A stretch of 64,000 bases of DNA from an uncultured Chloroflexia bacterium (GCA_963796715.1 CAWCMN010000005.1:10199-74198); one strand, 5' to 3'. Shown: positions 9,270 through 18,668, counted from the stretch's first letter. The notes: generated from the sequence alone by a model not told the origin. Program-made: numbers and translations.

Positions 9270-9442
9270 CGGACGCACACCGGTGGGACGTTGACGCGCC
9301 AGAGGCTGGGCGAGGCCGGGACGGGGCGCTCGTGAAGCGCGACAGTCGTACTCACGGCACGACGGGGGTCAGCGGCTTCGGGGCCTTGTGACCCGCCGCA
9401 CCGTAGCGAAACCCGCGCGAACGTCCCCCGGGCGTGCATCTG
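9270..9442. repeat. REP/MITE-like element A (173 bp) with 23-bp imperfect inverted termini
   Basis: Left CGGACGCACACCGGTGGGACGTT (9270-9292), right AACGTCCCCCGGGCGTGCATCTG (9420-9442); the right end overlaps the 3' end of the HTH-nuclease gene. Confidence 0.65.
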
Positions 9443-10097
9443 CGACGAAGCTCAAGGCTCTGATCACGCCGGTCGGATCCGCTAACCACGCCCGCAGTCG
9501 CGGAGCTCGGTCCGAGAGGGCTGCGCTGAAGACAGCCAGGTGCGCGCTCACCCGGCGTCGGTTCGTCGCGCCGTGGCCGATCGCCAGCCAGCACGACACG
9601 CTGAGCGGCGCCCAGCCAACGTCCCGCGCGATCACCCGGGCGAGGCGGACCTTGCGGTCAAGGGTCGCGAGGATCTCGCCGACGTCGACGATCTCCGTCT
9701 TGAGTTCGACGAGCAGCAGGGACCGGGACCCTTCGTGCCAGGCGAGCAGGTCCACCACCCCGCGCTCGCCGTAGATGGCGAATGACACCTCCGGCCGCAC
9801 GACCCAGCCGCGCAGCGATCCGAAGTCGCGCGCGACCTGCTCGGCCAGGGCGGCGTGGCGGCCGTTGGCAAGGCGATCGAGGTCCGCGCCACGCGACCGA
9901 CCGACCAGATCCATGCGCACATCCAGGGCGCGGCCGACCGACCGGATGGTCGACAGCGCCAGATGGTCCAGGTGCCCCCGTTCGACCCTTGAGATGGTCG
10001 CGCGCGAGACGCCGGCCGCCCGTGCGACGTCCACTTGTCGCATCCGACGGTGCACGCGCGACGCGCGCAGGGCGGCCCCGAGCCGCTGGTCATCCAT
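9369..10097 (-). CDS. XRE-family HTH protein fused to a PD-(D/E)xK (DUF559/Vsr-like) nuclease domain
   Basis: N-terminal HTH RRMRQVDVARAAGVSRATISRVERG; C-terminal GERGVVDLLAWH...LLLVELKT; ATG at 10097. Confidence 0.78.
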   Translation of the reverse strand: MDDQRLGAALRASRVHRRMRQVDVARAAGVSRATISRVERGHLDHLALSTIRSVGRALDVRMDLVGRSRGADLDRLANGRHAALAEQVARDFGSLRGWVVRPEVSFAIYGERGVVDLLAWHEGSRSLLLVELKTEIVDVGEILATLDRKVRLARVIARDVGWAPLSVSCWLAIGHGATNRRRVSAHLAVFSAALSDRAPRLRAWLADPTGVIRALSFVADARPGDVRAGFATVRRVTRPRSR

Positions 10098-10202
10098 CTC
10101 CGGAGGATGCAGCCCGGCGCTCACCGGACGCTTTGCTCTCGCGCGGTGTGGACGCGGTCGCTGCGCGGTGGTGACCTCCCCAGGCCTCCCGTCGCCAGGG
10201 CA

Positions 10203-10362
10203 CAGACGCACGCCCTGGGAACGTTAGCGCCCCGGTGAGCGCCTTACGGACCCTCGTAGTCGCTTCGAGGATCGATCCGTGCGAGCGGCCTGGCTGCTTG
10301 ACGGCCGCCATCGCGGGCGGCGCAGGGCCGAGGCGTTCCAACGTTCCACCGGCGCGCGTCTG
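10203..10362. repeat. REP/MITE-like element B (160 bp)
   Basis: Left CAGACGCACGCCCTGGGAACGTT (10203-10225), right AACGTTCCACCGGCGCGCGTCTG (10340-10362). Confidence 0.72.
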
Positions 10363-10451
10363 CGACAGTCGCCCGGGTCGGCCGCCGCCACGCTGACGCG
10401 ACGCCTGCTCGAGGTCGGCCGCCGAGCGCGGCCGCTATACTCCACCGTCCG

Positions 10452-10994
10452 ATGCCCTCTCGATCCCGTTCGCCGCGCCGTCGCGGCTTCATACGGGCCT
10501 TCAACTACCTGGCGTTCATGCCCCTCGCCTCGCGCGCGCCCACCTATGGACGGCTGCTCGCGGCGCTGCTCGCCGATGCCCGCGTGCCATGGACGCACAA
10601 AGCGATCCTGGGCCTGGCCGTCGGGTACGTCCTGTCGCCCGTGGATCTCGTGCCGGACTTCGTGCCCGTGCTGGGGGCCATGGACGACGTGGCGGTCACC
10701 CTGCTGGCGGTCGACCTGTTCCTGGAGCGCATCCCCGATGAGGTGCTGAACCAGAAACTGCAGGAGCTTGGCATCGAGCGCAACGCGCTGGAGCGCGACC
10801 TCGCGCAGGTCCGGCGCATGATCCCGCGGCCCGTGCGCCGCATCCTCGGCGAGCTGCCGATGGTCGTCGAGACGGGGGCCTCCATGGTCCGCGGGGCGAT
10901 GGCCGCGGCGCGCAGGACCGGCCTGGACCGGCGCCTGCGCGAGTGGCTCGAGGACACCACCCCTGACCAAGACCCGGAGGTACTGCCCGCGTGA
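10452..10994 (+). CDS. YkvA/DUF1232 family protein
   Basis: KAILGLAVGYVLSPVDLVPDFVPVLGAMDD motif. Confidence 0.88.
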   Translation: MPSRSRSPRRRGFIRAFNYLAFMPLASRAPTYGRLLAALLADARVPWTHKAILGLAVGYVLSPVDLVPDFVPVLGAMDDVAVTLLAVDLFLERIPDEVLNQKLQELGIERNALERDLAQVRRMIPRPVRRILGELPMVVETGASMVRGAMAAARRTGLDRRLREWLEDTTPDQDPEVLPA

Positions 10995-11437
10995 AGGTGA
11001 TCCTGACCAGCGATGTCGAGAAGCTCGGCAAGAGCGGGGAGCTCAAGGACGTCGCCGACGGGTACGCGCGCAACTACCTCATCCGCCAGAAGCTGGCCGT
11101 ACCCGCCGCGGGCGGTGCCTTCCGCGCCTGGCAGCACGACATCGCCAGCCGCGAGGAGAAGCGCAAGCGCGAGCGCGAAGAGGCCGAGATCGCGGCCACG
11201 CGCATCGCCAGCACGACCCTCACGATGGGCGTCAAGGTCGGTGACGGGGGCAAGCTCTACGGCTCGATCACGACCAAGGACATCGCCGACGCGCTCGGCC
11301 GGCGGGGCATCGAGGTCGACCGTCACAAGGTGGACCTGGATGAGCCCCTCAAGAGCCTCGGCACCTACAAGGTGGCCGTGAGGGTGTACGCCGGCATGTC
11401 GCCGGAAGTGACGGTGGTGGTCGAGCCCAAGGGCTGA
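10991..11437 (+). CDS. rplI: 50S ribosomal protein L9
   Basis: MKVIL..DVEKLGKSGELKDVADGYARNYL; GKLYGSIT..DIA. Confidence 0.97.
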   Translation: MKVILTSDVEKLGKSGELKDVADGYARNYLIRQKLAVPAAGGAFRAWQHDIASREEKRKREREEAEIAATRIASTTLTMGVKVGDGGKLYGSITTKDIADALGRRGIEVDRHKVDLDEPLKSLGTYKVAVRVYAGMSPEVTVVVEPKG

Positions 11438-11468
11438 CCCACGCGCCGCGGGGCGCGATGATGGCGCC

Positions 11469-12713
11469 ATGAGCGGCGCCGCCACAGCGACGATCCTGCA
11501 CGTCGATCTCGACGCGTTCTTCGCCGCGGTCGAGCAGCGCGACCGTCCCGAGCTGCGAGGCAAGCCGGTCATCGTGGGCGGCGGTGGGCCGCACGATCGC
11601 GGCGTCGTCTCGGCCGCGTCGTACGAGGCGCGTCGCTTCGGCATCCACTCGGCCATGCCCTTGCGGACGGCCGGCCGGCTGTGCCCCCGCGCCGTCTTCC
11701 TGCCCGTCGATGGCGCCAAGTACAGCGCGGTCAGCCGGCAGGTGATGGCCATCCTGCGCCGCTACACGCCGCGCGTGGAGCAGATCTCGATCGACGAGGC
11801 CTTCCTCGACGTGGCCGGTTCCGAGCCGCTCTTCGGCCCGCCGGAGGAGATCGCGCGGCGCATCCGCGCGGCCATCCGCGACGAGCTGCAGCTCACCGCC
11901 TCGGTCGGCGTGGCCACGACCAAGCTGGTGGCCAAGGTGGCCTCCGACCTGCGCAAACCGGACGCGCTGGTGGTCGTCCCACCCGGTGACGAGGCGACGT
12001 TCCTGGCGCCGCTCGGGATCGAGCGACTGTGGGGCGTCGGGCCGCGCACTCGCGACGTGCTTGCCGAATACGGCGTGCGCACGATCGGCGACCTCGCGCG
12101 CCTGCCCGCCGACACCCTGGAGCGCCGCCTTGGCCGACATGGCCCGGAGTTGCTGGCACGGGCCTGCGGCGTGGATCCATCGCCGGTGGGCGACGATCGC
12201 GAGGCGAAGTCCGTGGGCCACGAGCACACCTTCGACGTCGACACCGCCAGCACGGAGGTCATCGAGCGCACCCTACTGGCCCTCGCCGATGGGGTCGCCG
12301 GGCGCCTGCGCGCGGGCCAGCTGCGGGCACGGACGGTGGCCGTGAAGGTCCGCGCCAGCGACTTCACCACGCTCACCCGCCAGCGCACCCTCTCTCAGCC
12401 GACCGACGAGACCGACGTGATCTGGCGGACCGCCCTCGACCTGGCACGGCCGCAGGTCCGCGGGATCCGTGTCCGCCTGCTGGGCATCTCCGCCAGCCAG
12501 CTGGTGGTGGGCGAGCAGATGTCGCTCCTGGAGGGTGCGGCCACACGCCGGCAGCGGGCCATCGAGGCCGCCGATCGGATCCGCGAGCGGTTCGGGCCAC
12601 GGTCCATCACGCGCGCCCGCCTGCTCGGCTCGAACGTGGCCCATCCCTTCGAGCGCGATCCCAACACCGCGCCCGAGGCGCGTCGCATCGGCCGCCCGCC
12701 TCCGGGGTCTTGA
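11469..12713 (+). CDS. dinB: DNA polymerase IV (Y family)
   Basis: ILHVDLDAFFAAVEQRD, SAASYEAR.FG..SAMP, SIDEAFLD, KLVAKVASDLRKPD. Confidence 0.96.
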   Translation: MSGAATATILHVDLDAFFAAVEQRDRPELRGKPVIVGGGGPHDRGVVSAASYEARRFGIHSAMPLRTAGRLCPRAVFLPVDGAKYSAVSRQVMAILRRYTPRVEQISIDEAFLDVAGSEPLFGPPEEIARRIRAAIRDELQLTASVGVATTKLVAKVASDLRKPDALVVVPPGDEATFLAPLGIERLWGVGPRTRDVLAEYGVRTIGDLARLPADTLERRLGRHGPELLARACGVDPSPVGDDREAKSVGHEHTFDVDTASTEVIERTLLALADGVAGRLRAGQLRARTVAVKVRASDFTTLTRQRTLSQPTDETDVIWRTALDLARPQVRGIRVRLLGISASQLVVGEQMSLLEGAATRRQRAIEAADRIRERFGPRSITRARLLGSNVAHPFERDPNTAPEARRIGRPPPGS

Positions 12714-12763
12714 CATCGAACGCCTGTTCGATTAGGTTCGGGCTCCACAACAGAACGGATGTT
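12710..12763 (+). promoter_or_regulatory. Promoter TTGACA-N17-TAGGTT with two SOS boxes (12718-12729, 12752-12763)
   Basis: -35 at 12710-12715, -10 at 12733-12738; GAAC-GCCT-GTTC and GAAC-GGAT-GTTC. Confidence 0.88.
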
Positions 12764-12823
12764 CTCTGTCGGCCTCCCCCAGCCGGCGTGAGGTCGCACC
12801 GTTGGTGGAAAGGAGCCGGCGCC

Positions 12824-13105
12824 ATGTCCCTGGTCCAGATCACCCCGCTGGAGGTCCGCGTCCGCGCCGACTGGCTCAGCGGCCGCCCGCGCCGCCTGCG
12901 CCTCGCGGGCGAGGACGTGCCCATCGTCTCGGTCGAGCAGGTGCGCGACGAGTCATCCGCCTATCCCGCCGAGCGCGGGCCCCGCACCACGTTCAAGGTG
13001 CGGACGCCGACCAACCGCCTTGTCCTCGCCTTCGAGCATCGCCGGCGCCGCTGGCTGATCGAAGGGCTCGACCCCGAACTTCCCGCCCTCGCGCCGGCAG
13101 CCTGA
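12824..13105 (+). CDS. Small SOS-regulated protein, DUF6504/ImuB C-terminal-like
   Basis: AAGGAG RBS, ATG 12824; MSLVQITPLEVRVRADWLSGRPRRLRL...RTTFKVRT...RRRWLIEGLD. Family assignment by recalled pattern only. Confidence 0.75.
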   Translation: MSLVQITPLEVRVRADWLSGRPRRLRLAGEDVPIVSVEQVRDESSAYPAERGPRTTFKVRTPTNRLVLAFEHRRRRWLIEGLDPELPALAPAA

Positions 13106-13235
13106 TCGCCGACCCCTCTCCGGTCGATCCGGTCGCTCGCGCGAGTGGAGCGTCGATCCGCCCCGCCCGGTCCCCACCCGGGCGGGGCGGGTTCGCCGCA
13201 AGGCCTTCGACCGCCGCGCGTGCGAGAATCGCGCC

Positions 13236-13898
13236 GTGAGCGACGAGACCGCAGGCTTTGGTTCGACGACGCTGGAGGCGTTCTCCGCGCGCCTGGCTTC
13301 GGCCGAGCCGGTGCCCGGCGGCGGCAGCGCGGCAGCGATCGCAGCTAGCCTTGGCGCGGCCCTCGCCGTGATGGTCGCGCGCCTGTCTGAGGGCCGACCC
13401 CGCTACGCGGCGCATGGAGCCACCCATCAGCGGGCGATCGCAGCGGGCGAGGCGGCTCGGCGGCGGTTCATCGAGCTCGCCGACATCGACGCACGTGCCT
13501 ATGGCGGGTACGCGGCGGCCATGAAACTGCCGCGCGAGACGGACGCCGACCGTGCCGCGCGCGCTCAGGCCATCGCAGAGGCGGCGAAGGCGTCGACCCT
13601 GGCGCCGCTCGATACGGTCCGTCTGTGTGAGGCGGTCGTGCAGGTGGTGGAGTCGCTGGCCGGCCGCAGCAACGTGAACGCCGCGAGCGATCTCGACGTG
13701 GCGGCCCTCCTGCTCGAGGCGGCGGCCGAGGGGGCGGCGGCGAACGTGCGCATCAACCTGCCGTCCGTGACGGACGCCCCGTTCGTGGCCGACGTGCAGG
13801 AGCAGGTCGCGCGGGCCCTCACGACGACGCACACGGTCGCCACGCAGGTGCGGCGGATCGTGGCGGAGGGTACGGCCCGCGATCCGGAGGCCGGCTGA
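13236..13898 (+). CDS. Cyclodeaminase/cyclohydrolase family protein (FTCD C-terminal-like)
   Basis: LAS..PVPGGGSAAA, D..AYGGYAAAMKLP, NVNAASDLDVA, ANVRINL. Confidence 0.88.
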   Translation: MSDETAGFGSTTLEAFSARLASAEPVPGGGSAAAIAASLGAALAVMVARLSEGRPRYAAHGATHQRAIAAGEAARRRFIELADIDARAYGGYAAAMKLPRETDADRAARAQAIAEAAKASTLAPLDTVRLCEAVVQVVESLAGRSNVNAASDLDVAALLLEAAAEGAAANVRINLPSVTDAPFVADVQEQVARALTTTHTVATQVRRIVAEGTARDPEAG

Positions 13899-14001
13899 AG
13901 TACCGATCGGTGCTCTTGCCCGATCTGCTTGACATGCGTACTATCTCCGAGTCGCCGGTCGCGGCGACATCGATGCGTATACCGCGAGGGAGTCCCATCG
14001 G

Positions 14002-14433
14002 ATGCTCGAGACCGAGCCGCAGACCCAGCCGCAGCCGCTGATCAACATCCCGCTCGCCCCGAGCCAGCCGGATCTCGTGCACCTGACGGACGCGGCGGCC
14101 AGCAAGCTGCGTGAGTTGACGGCCCAGGAGCCGAATCCCGCGATGGGCCTGCGCGTGTACGTGTACAGCGGTGGCTGTTCGGGGTTCCGCTACGGGATGA
14201 TGCTGGAGGACCAGCCCACGGCCGACGACGTGACGGTCAGCAGCAACGGCGTCACGGTCTACGTCGACGGCCAGAGCACGCAGTACCTCACGGGCTCGGA
14301 GATCGACTACGTCGACACGCTGATGGGCGCGGGCTTCACGGTCAACAACCCCAACGCCGTCTCCGCCTGCGGCTGCGGCAGCAGCTTCCGCACGGCCGAC
14401 TCCGAGGGCGCGCCGGGGGCCTGCCACCACTGA
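14002..14433 (+). CDS. A-type Fe-S cluster assembly carrier (HesB/IscA/ErpA family)
   Basis: GGCSGFRY, IDY...LMGAGF...NPNA...CGCGSSF. Confidence 0.94.
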   Translation: MLETEPQTQPQPLINIPLAPSQPDLVHLTDAAASKLRELTAQEPNPAMGLRVYVYSGGCSGFRYGMMLEDQPTADDVTVSSNGVTVYVDGQSTQYLTGSEIDYVDTLMGAGFTVNNPNAVSACGCGSSFRTADSEGAPGACHH

Positions 14434-14481
14434 TCCGCCCGGGCCGGCGAGCCAGCGGCTCGTCGAGGCCCCGAGGACGAA

Positions 14482-16188
14482 CTAACCCGCCGGAGCCCCG
14501 CAGGCGCTGGCGGCCGCCCCTGACCGCTCGATCTTGAGCAACCAGTAGCCGGCGGCCGCGTCGGCGATCAGCGGTGTCAGCACGACGTCCCCGCCGACCG
14601 TCGTCGGCGCCGGGACCTCGAGGACCGCGTACCCATCGACGGGCGCGTCGCCGCTGCGCTCGTGCAGCACGAGGACGGCGCAACCCAGGAAGCCCGGGCC
14701 CGGCTTGACGGACGCCGGTGCGAGGCCCGCGATGGCGGACAGCGGGAGGTCCAGATCCACGGCCAGCCGCGGGCGGAGCAGGTCCGGTCCCAGCAGCACG
14801 GGCGGTCCGGCATCGCCGCCCCGCCAGTCGACGCCCTGCGGCGGAGCATCGCGGGCGTGCGGGATCTCGTCGAGGGCGGCGCGAATGGTCGGCACTGCGG
14901 CGTCGGCGTCCTGGGTGAGGGTCCGCTGCGTCTCGGCCGACGTCCTGAGGGCCGTGGAGAGCGGCGCCGGCACCGGCTGGGCCGCCAGCGCGGCCACGAC
15001 GGCCAACGCCACCGCGACCGTCGCGCGGCCGACCGGGCCGGCCCGCATGGCCGGCAGCCGCGCCACCAGCCAGGCGAGGGCCACCCCGACCCCGATCGCA
15101 GCGGCCGTCACGACCGCCACATCGACGGCCGCGAAGTAGCGGGTCGACACGTAGGTGTGGCGCGCGGCGAGCACCAGCAGGAGCGCGACGACGCCGCCCG
15201 CCAGGCCCAACAACCCGGCTCCCACGGCCGCGTAGCCCGACCGATGCACGGCGCCCCGCACCAGCACCAGGCCGCCAAGGACCGCCAGCGCGGTGAGCAC
15301 GGGCTGATGCAGGTAGCGGCTGTCCAGGACGTGACGCAGCTGGCCGGGAGTGTCCACCGATCCGGGTGCCGCGGCCGAGAAGACCTGCGAGACGTAGGTC
15401 CAGTAGAAGGCGTCGCCGGTCAGCAGCCAGTCGTGGACCAGCATCACCGGGAGGGCCAGCAGGCCCAGGCCGATGAGCCAGGCACGCCGTGGTGGGGCCG
15501 GCAGGCGGAGCCACCGCCGAGCCACGGCGCTGCCCGTGCCGTTGCGCCTGGCCACCCAGCCGGCGCTCCACCGGACGACCGCCGCCACGACGAGCATCGC
15601 AAGCAGTGCCGCCACGACGGCGAGCGTCTCCAATCGCGCGAGCGTCGCGAGCAGCAGGGCGATACCGGCCCAGCCGAACCTGGGTCGCTCGCCGGTGACG
15701 AGCAGGCCAGCGCCGAACCAGCCGAGCATCGCCCACGGCGTGGCATAGGACACGAGGAGATCCGACTGCAGGAGGGGCAGCGAGACCAGGCCGACGACCG
15801 CGAATACGGCGGCCGCGGGACCCGCCAGCCGCCCGACGAGGCGGGCCGCCAGCAGGACGCTCACCGCGAACGCGCCGATCGTCGCCCACGAGATGGCGCG
15901 CCAGTCCCCGGACACGCCGTGCAGCACGCCGTAGATCAGCGTGAGGAGCGGCTTGGGCGTGGCGCCAAGGAAGGCCTCGAGCCGCTGGCCTGAGACGATC
16001 CTCTCGAAGAACGCGACCGACGCCGCGCTGTCGAACCCGACCGGCCCGGTCGAGAACGGCTGCACGACCGCGAGGCCCACGCCGCCGACCGCCACCACGA
16101 CCGCCCCGCCGGCCAGCCACACGAGCCAGGCGGGCCACTCGCGCGCCGGGGTCCGCGCGGTCACGGGCCGCTCACCGCGTAGATCCAC
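14482..16188 (-). CDS. Polytopic membrane protein, possible GT-C-fold glycosyltransferase (paralog 1)
   Basis: Many TM helices; N-terminal loop VQPF...FDSAASV...TPKPLLT..YG; LARLET motif. Confidence 0.7.
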   Translation of the reverse strand: MDLRGERPVTARTPAREWPAWLVWLAGGAVVVAVGGVGLAVVQPFSTGPVGFDSAASVAFFERIVSGQRLEAFLGATPKPLLTLIYGVLHGVSGDWRAISWATIGAFAVSVLLAARLVGRLAGPAAAVFAVVGLVSLPLLQSDLLVSYATPWAMLGWFGAGLLVTGERPRFGWAGIALLLATLARLETLAVVAALLAMLVVAAVVRWSAGWVARRNGTGSAVARRWLRLPAPPRRAWLIGLGLLALPVMLVHDWLLTGDAFYWTYVSQVFSAAAPGSVDTPGQLRHVLDSRYLHQPVLTALAVLGGLVLVRGAVHRSGYAAVGAGLLGLAGGVVALLLVLAARHTYVSTRYFAAVDVAVVTAAAIGVGVALAWLVARLPAMRAGPVGRATVAVALAVVAALAAQPVPAPLSTALRTSAETQRTLTQDADAAVPTIRAALDEIPHARDAPPQGVDWRGGDAGPPVLLGPDLLRPRLAVDLDLPLSAIAGLAPASVKPGPGFLGCAVLVLHERSGDAPVDGYAVLEVPAPTTVGGDVVLTPLIADAAAGYWLLKIERSGAAASACGAPAG

Positions 16189-17729
16189 AGGCCGGTCTGG
16201 GGCTGGACGAGTAAGGGCGTCAGCGTCTGGCCGCCGTACGTCGTCACGGTACCGACTTCGAGGTGCTGGTAGATCGGGTCGGCCGGGTCCGCCGCTCGAT
16301 CGTGGACGACGAGAGCGGCCCGCCCAAGGACCGTGCCGGTCGGCCCCAGGCCGGCCACGGTGACGCTGCCGAGCCGCGTGAGGGGGACGCTCAGGTCGAC
16401 CGCCAGCAGTGTCCGCATGGGCACCGGCACCACCACCGTGATGGGCCGCTGCCCCGGACCGACCAACTGGTCGCGGGCGCCGGGTATACCCGCGAGCGCG
16501 ACCTCCAGGACGGTCACCGCGGTCCGCTCGTTCTGCGCCAGTCGCTGGGCGGCAGCCGCCAGCGTCTGGGTCCCCGGCGCGATCAGCGCGGGCGGCCAGC
16601 CGACGAGGACGGCCGCCATGGCGCCCGCCAGCAGGGCGCCGCCGGTGGTCAGGTCACGCCCGCCGCCGAGGCGTGTCAGGCGGGCCCACGGCGGCTGCGC
16701 TCCGCGAGCCTGCGCCCATCGGATGATCGCCTCGGCCACGCCGGCCGCGCCGATGCCCGCGGTGAACAGCACCGCCACGTCGATGGGCACGGCATACCGC
16801 GAGGCGATGAAGGTGCCCCGCACGGCCAGGAAGAACAGCAGCGCGACCACGCCCGGGCCAAGGGCGGCCAGCCCGGCCGCGATCGCCCAGTGCCGTCGTC
16901 GGAGCAGCCACACCCCGCCGCACAGCGCCAGCACGCTGAACGGGGCCATGCTGATGTAGCGGTGGGCCAGGAAGTGCGTCAGGGCGAACGGATCCAGGAG
17001 GGACGCCGCACCCGCGCCCTCCGAGTATCGCGTCGACACCGTCACCCAGAAGAAGGGGTCACCGGTCAGCAACCAGTCGTGCAGCAGCATCACCGGGAGG
17101 GCCAGGAAGCCGAGCAGGATCCACCAGGCGCCCCGTGGCACGAGCGCGGCACCGGTCCGGCGTCCGGCCACCCAGAGGCCGACGAGCAGGACCAGCGCGG
17201 CGCCGACCAGCACGAGCGTCTCGAGGCGGGCCAGCGTGGCTAGGAGCAGGGCGATCCCGGCCAGGGCATATCGCGGCCGGGGGGCGGTCACCGCCAGACC
17301 GGCCGCCGCCCATCCGACCATCGCCCAGGGCACGGCCGACGCGATGAGCAGCTCACCCGCGAGCGACGGGGAGGCGATGAGGGCGACCGCCGCGAAGGCA
17401 GCCGCGAGCGGCCCCGCGACGCGGCCGGCCAGCCAGGTGGCCAGGACGACGGCCACCGCGAACGCCCCGATCGTGGCGAACGAGATGGCTCGCCAGTCGC
17501 CGGTCAGCGCATAGAGCCCGCCGTACACGCCGGTCAGCAACGGCTTGGGCGTCGTGCTGATGAACGACTCCAGGCGCTGCCCATGGATCAGTCGCAGGAA
17601 GTGGATGACCGAGCTGCCCACGTCATAGCTCGCCGGCCCTACCGCGAAGGGCTGGACGACGGCGAGCGTGAGGGCGGCGGCGAGGAGCCCCACCACGACG
17701 AGCGACAGCGCAGCCAGGCGAGGCGACAC
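16161..17729 (-). CDS. Polytopic membrane protein, possible GT-C-fold glycosyltransferase (paralog 2)
   Basis: Collinear similarity to paralog 1 (VQPF, GQRLE, TPKPLLT, GDWRAIS, LARLET, LPVMLLHDWLLTGD); GTG start inferred at 17729. Confidence 0.7.
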   Translation of the reverse strand: MSPRLAALSLVVVGLLAAALTLAVVQPFAVGPASYDVGSSVIHFLRLIHGQRLESFISTTPKPLLTGVYGGLYALTGDWRAISFATIGAFAVAVVLATWLAGRVAGPLAAAFAAVALIASPSLAGELLIASAVPWAMVGWAAAGLAVTAPRPRYALAGIALLLATLARLETLVLVGAALVLLVGLWVAGRRTGAALVPRGAWWILLGFLALPVMLLHDWLLTGDPFFWVTVSTRYSEGAGAASLLDPFALTHFLAHRYISMAPFSVLALCGGVWLLRRRHWAIAAGLAALGPGVVALLFFLAVRGTFIASRYAVPIDVAVLFTAGIGAAGVAEAIIRWAQARGAQPPWARLTRLGGGRDLTTGGALLAGAMAAVLVGWPPALIAPGTQTLAAAAQRLAQNERTAVTVLEVALAGIPGARDQLVGPGQRPITVVVPVPMRTLLAVDLSVPLTRLGSVTVAGLGPTGTVLGRAALVVHDRAADPADPIYQHLEVGTVTTYGGQTLTPLLVQPQTGLWIYAVSGP

Positions 17730-17757
17730 GCCGGGCAACCCCCCGCCGGCGATCCCG

Positions 17758-18363
17758 TCAGCCGTCGGCGAACCGCTCCTCTCGCCAGGGGTCGGCGTCG
17801 TTGTGGTAGCCGTACCGCTCCCAGAAGCCGAGTTGATCGTGATCCAGGAACTCGAGGCCGCGGATCCACTTGGCGCTCTTCCAGAAGTACCGCTTGGGCA
17901 CGAAGAGGCGCAACGGCCCGCCATGTTCCGGCTCGAGCGGCTTGCCCCCGAAGGCGTCGGCCAGCAGCACGTCGTCGTCGTCAAGCACGGAGAGCGGCAG
18001 GTTCGCGGTGTAGCCCTGTTCGCAGTGCGCCACCACGAACCGCGCCGTGGGGCGCAGCTGGGCGAGCCCCAGGATGTGCTGGATGGCGACGCCCTCGAAG
18101 TCCGTGTCGAGCTTGGTCCAGCGCGTCACGCAGTGGATGTCGGTGTGCACGGTCTTGCGGGGGAAGCGCTGGTACTCCGCCCAGGTGAAGGTGAACGGGT
18201 TGTCGACCTCGCCATAGACCCGCAGGTCCCAGCGGGCCAGGTCGATCCGCGGCACCGAGCCGTAGTGCAGGACGGGGAACTTCTCGGTCACGTACTGGCC
18301 GGGAGGCACGCGTTTCTTCTGCTCGTCGGTGAGCGGCGCGCGTCCGATCAGTCGTCCCAGCAT
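17758..18363 (-). CDS. Sulfite oxidase-like molybdopterin oxidoreductase (YuiH-like)
   Basis: RVPPGQY.TEKFPVLH, DIHCVTRW, EHGGPLRL.VPKRYFWKSAKW, GFWERYGYH. Confidence 0.92.
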   Translation of the reverse strand: MLGRLIGRAPLTDEQKKRVPPGQYVTEKFPVLHYGSVPRIDLARWDLRVYGEVDNPFTFTWAEYQRFPRKTVHTDIHCVTRWTKLDTDFEGVAIQHILGLAQLRPTARFVVAHCEQGYTANLPLSVLDDDDVLLADAFGGKPLEPEHGGPLRLFVPKRYFWKSAKWIRGLEFLDHDQLGFWERYGYHNDADPWREERFADG

Positions 18364-18380
18364 GCGGCGGCCCTCCCAGC

Positions 18381-18659
18381 CTAGGCTTCGTCGAGGGCGC
18401 GGTCGACGGCCCGCAGGATGAAGCGGGATGCCTCGGCGCTCTTGCCGCCCAGGTTCTGGCCGTCCTCCTGGTCGAGCGCCGTCGCCAGGTCACCGAGCGC
18501 CTGGTCCAGGAAGGGTGTCCGGACCAGGTCACCCGCCGCGAAAGCGGCCTCGAGCCGCGCCATCGCCGCGCGCGCGTTATCCACCGCGTGGCCCTTCTGG
18601 GCGATCAGCTCGCGCACCGCTGCGCGCGCGGCCGCGGCGCTGGGGCCGATGCTCGGCAC
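18381..18659 (-). CDS. Hypothetical protein (92 aa)
   Basis: High-GC3 coding pattern; in operon-like spacing between GNAT and oxidoreductase genes. Confidence 0.7.
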   Translation of the reverse strand: MPSIGPSAAAARAAVRELIAQKGHAVDNARAAMARLEAAFAAGDLVRTPFLDQALGDLATALDQEDGQNLGGKSAEASRFILRAVDRALDEA

Positions 18660-18668
18660 GGCCGTCCG

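Noticed and set aside
13929-13934. TTGACA upstream of the Fe-S carrier gene as a sigma-70 promoter
   Set aside because: No TANNNT at 16-18 nt spacing, so it cannot be supported without TSS data.
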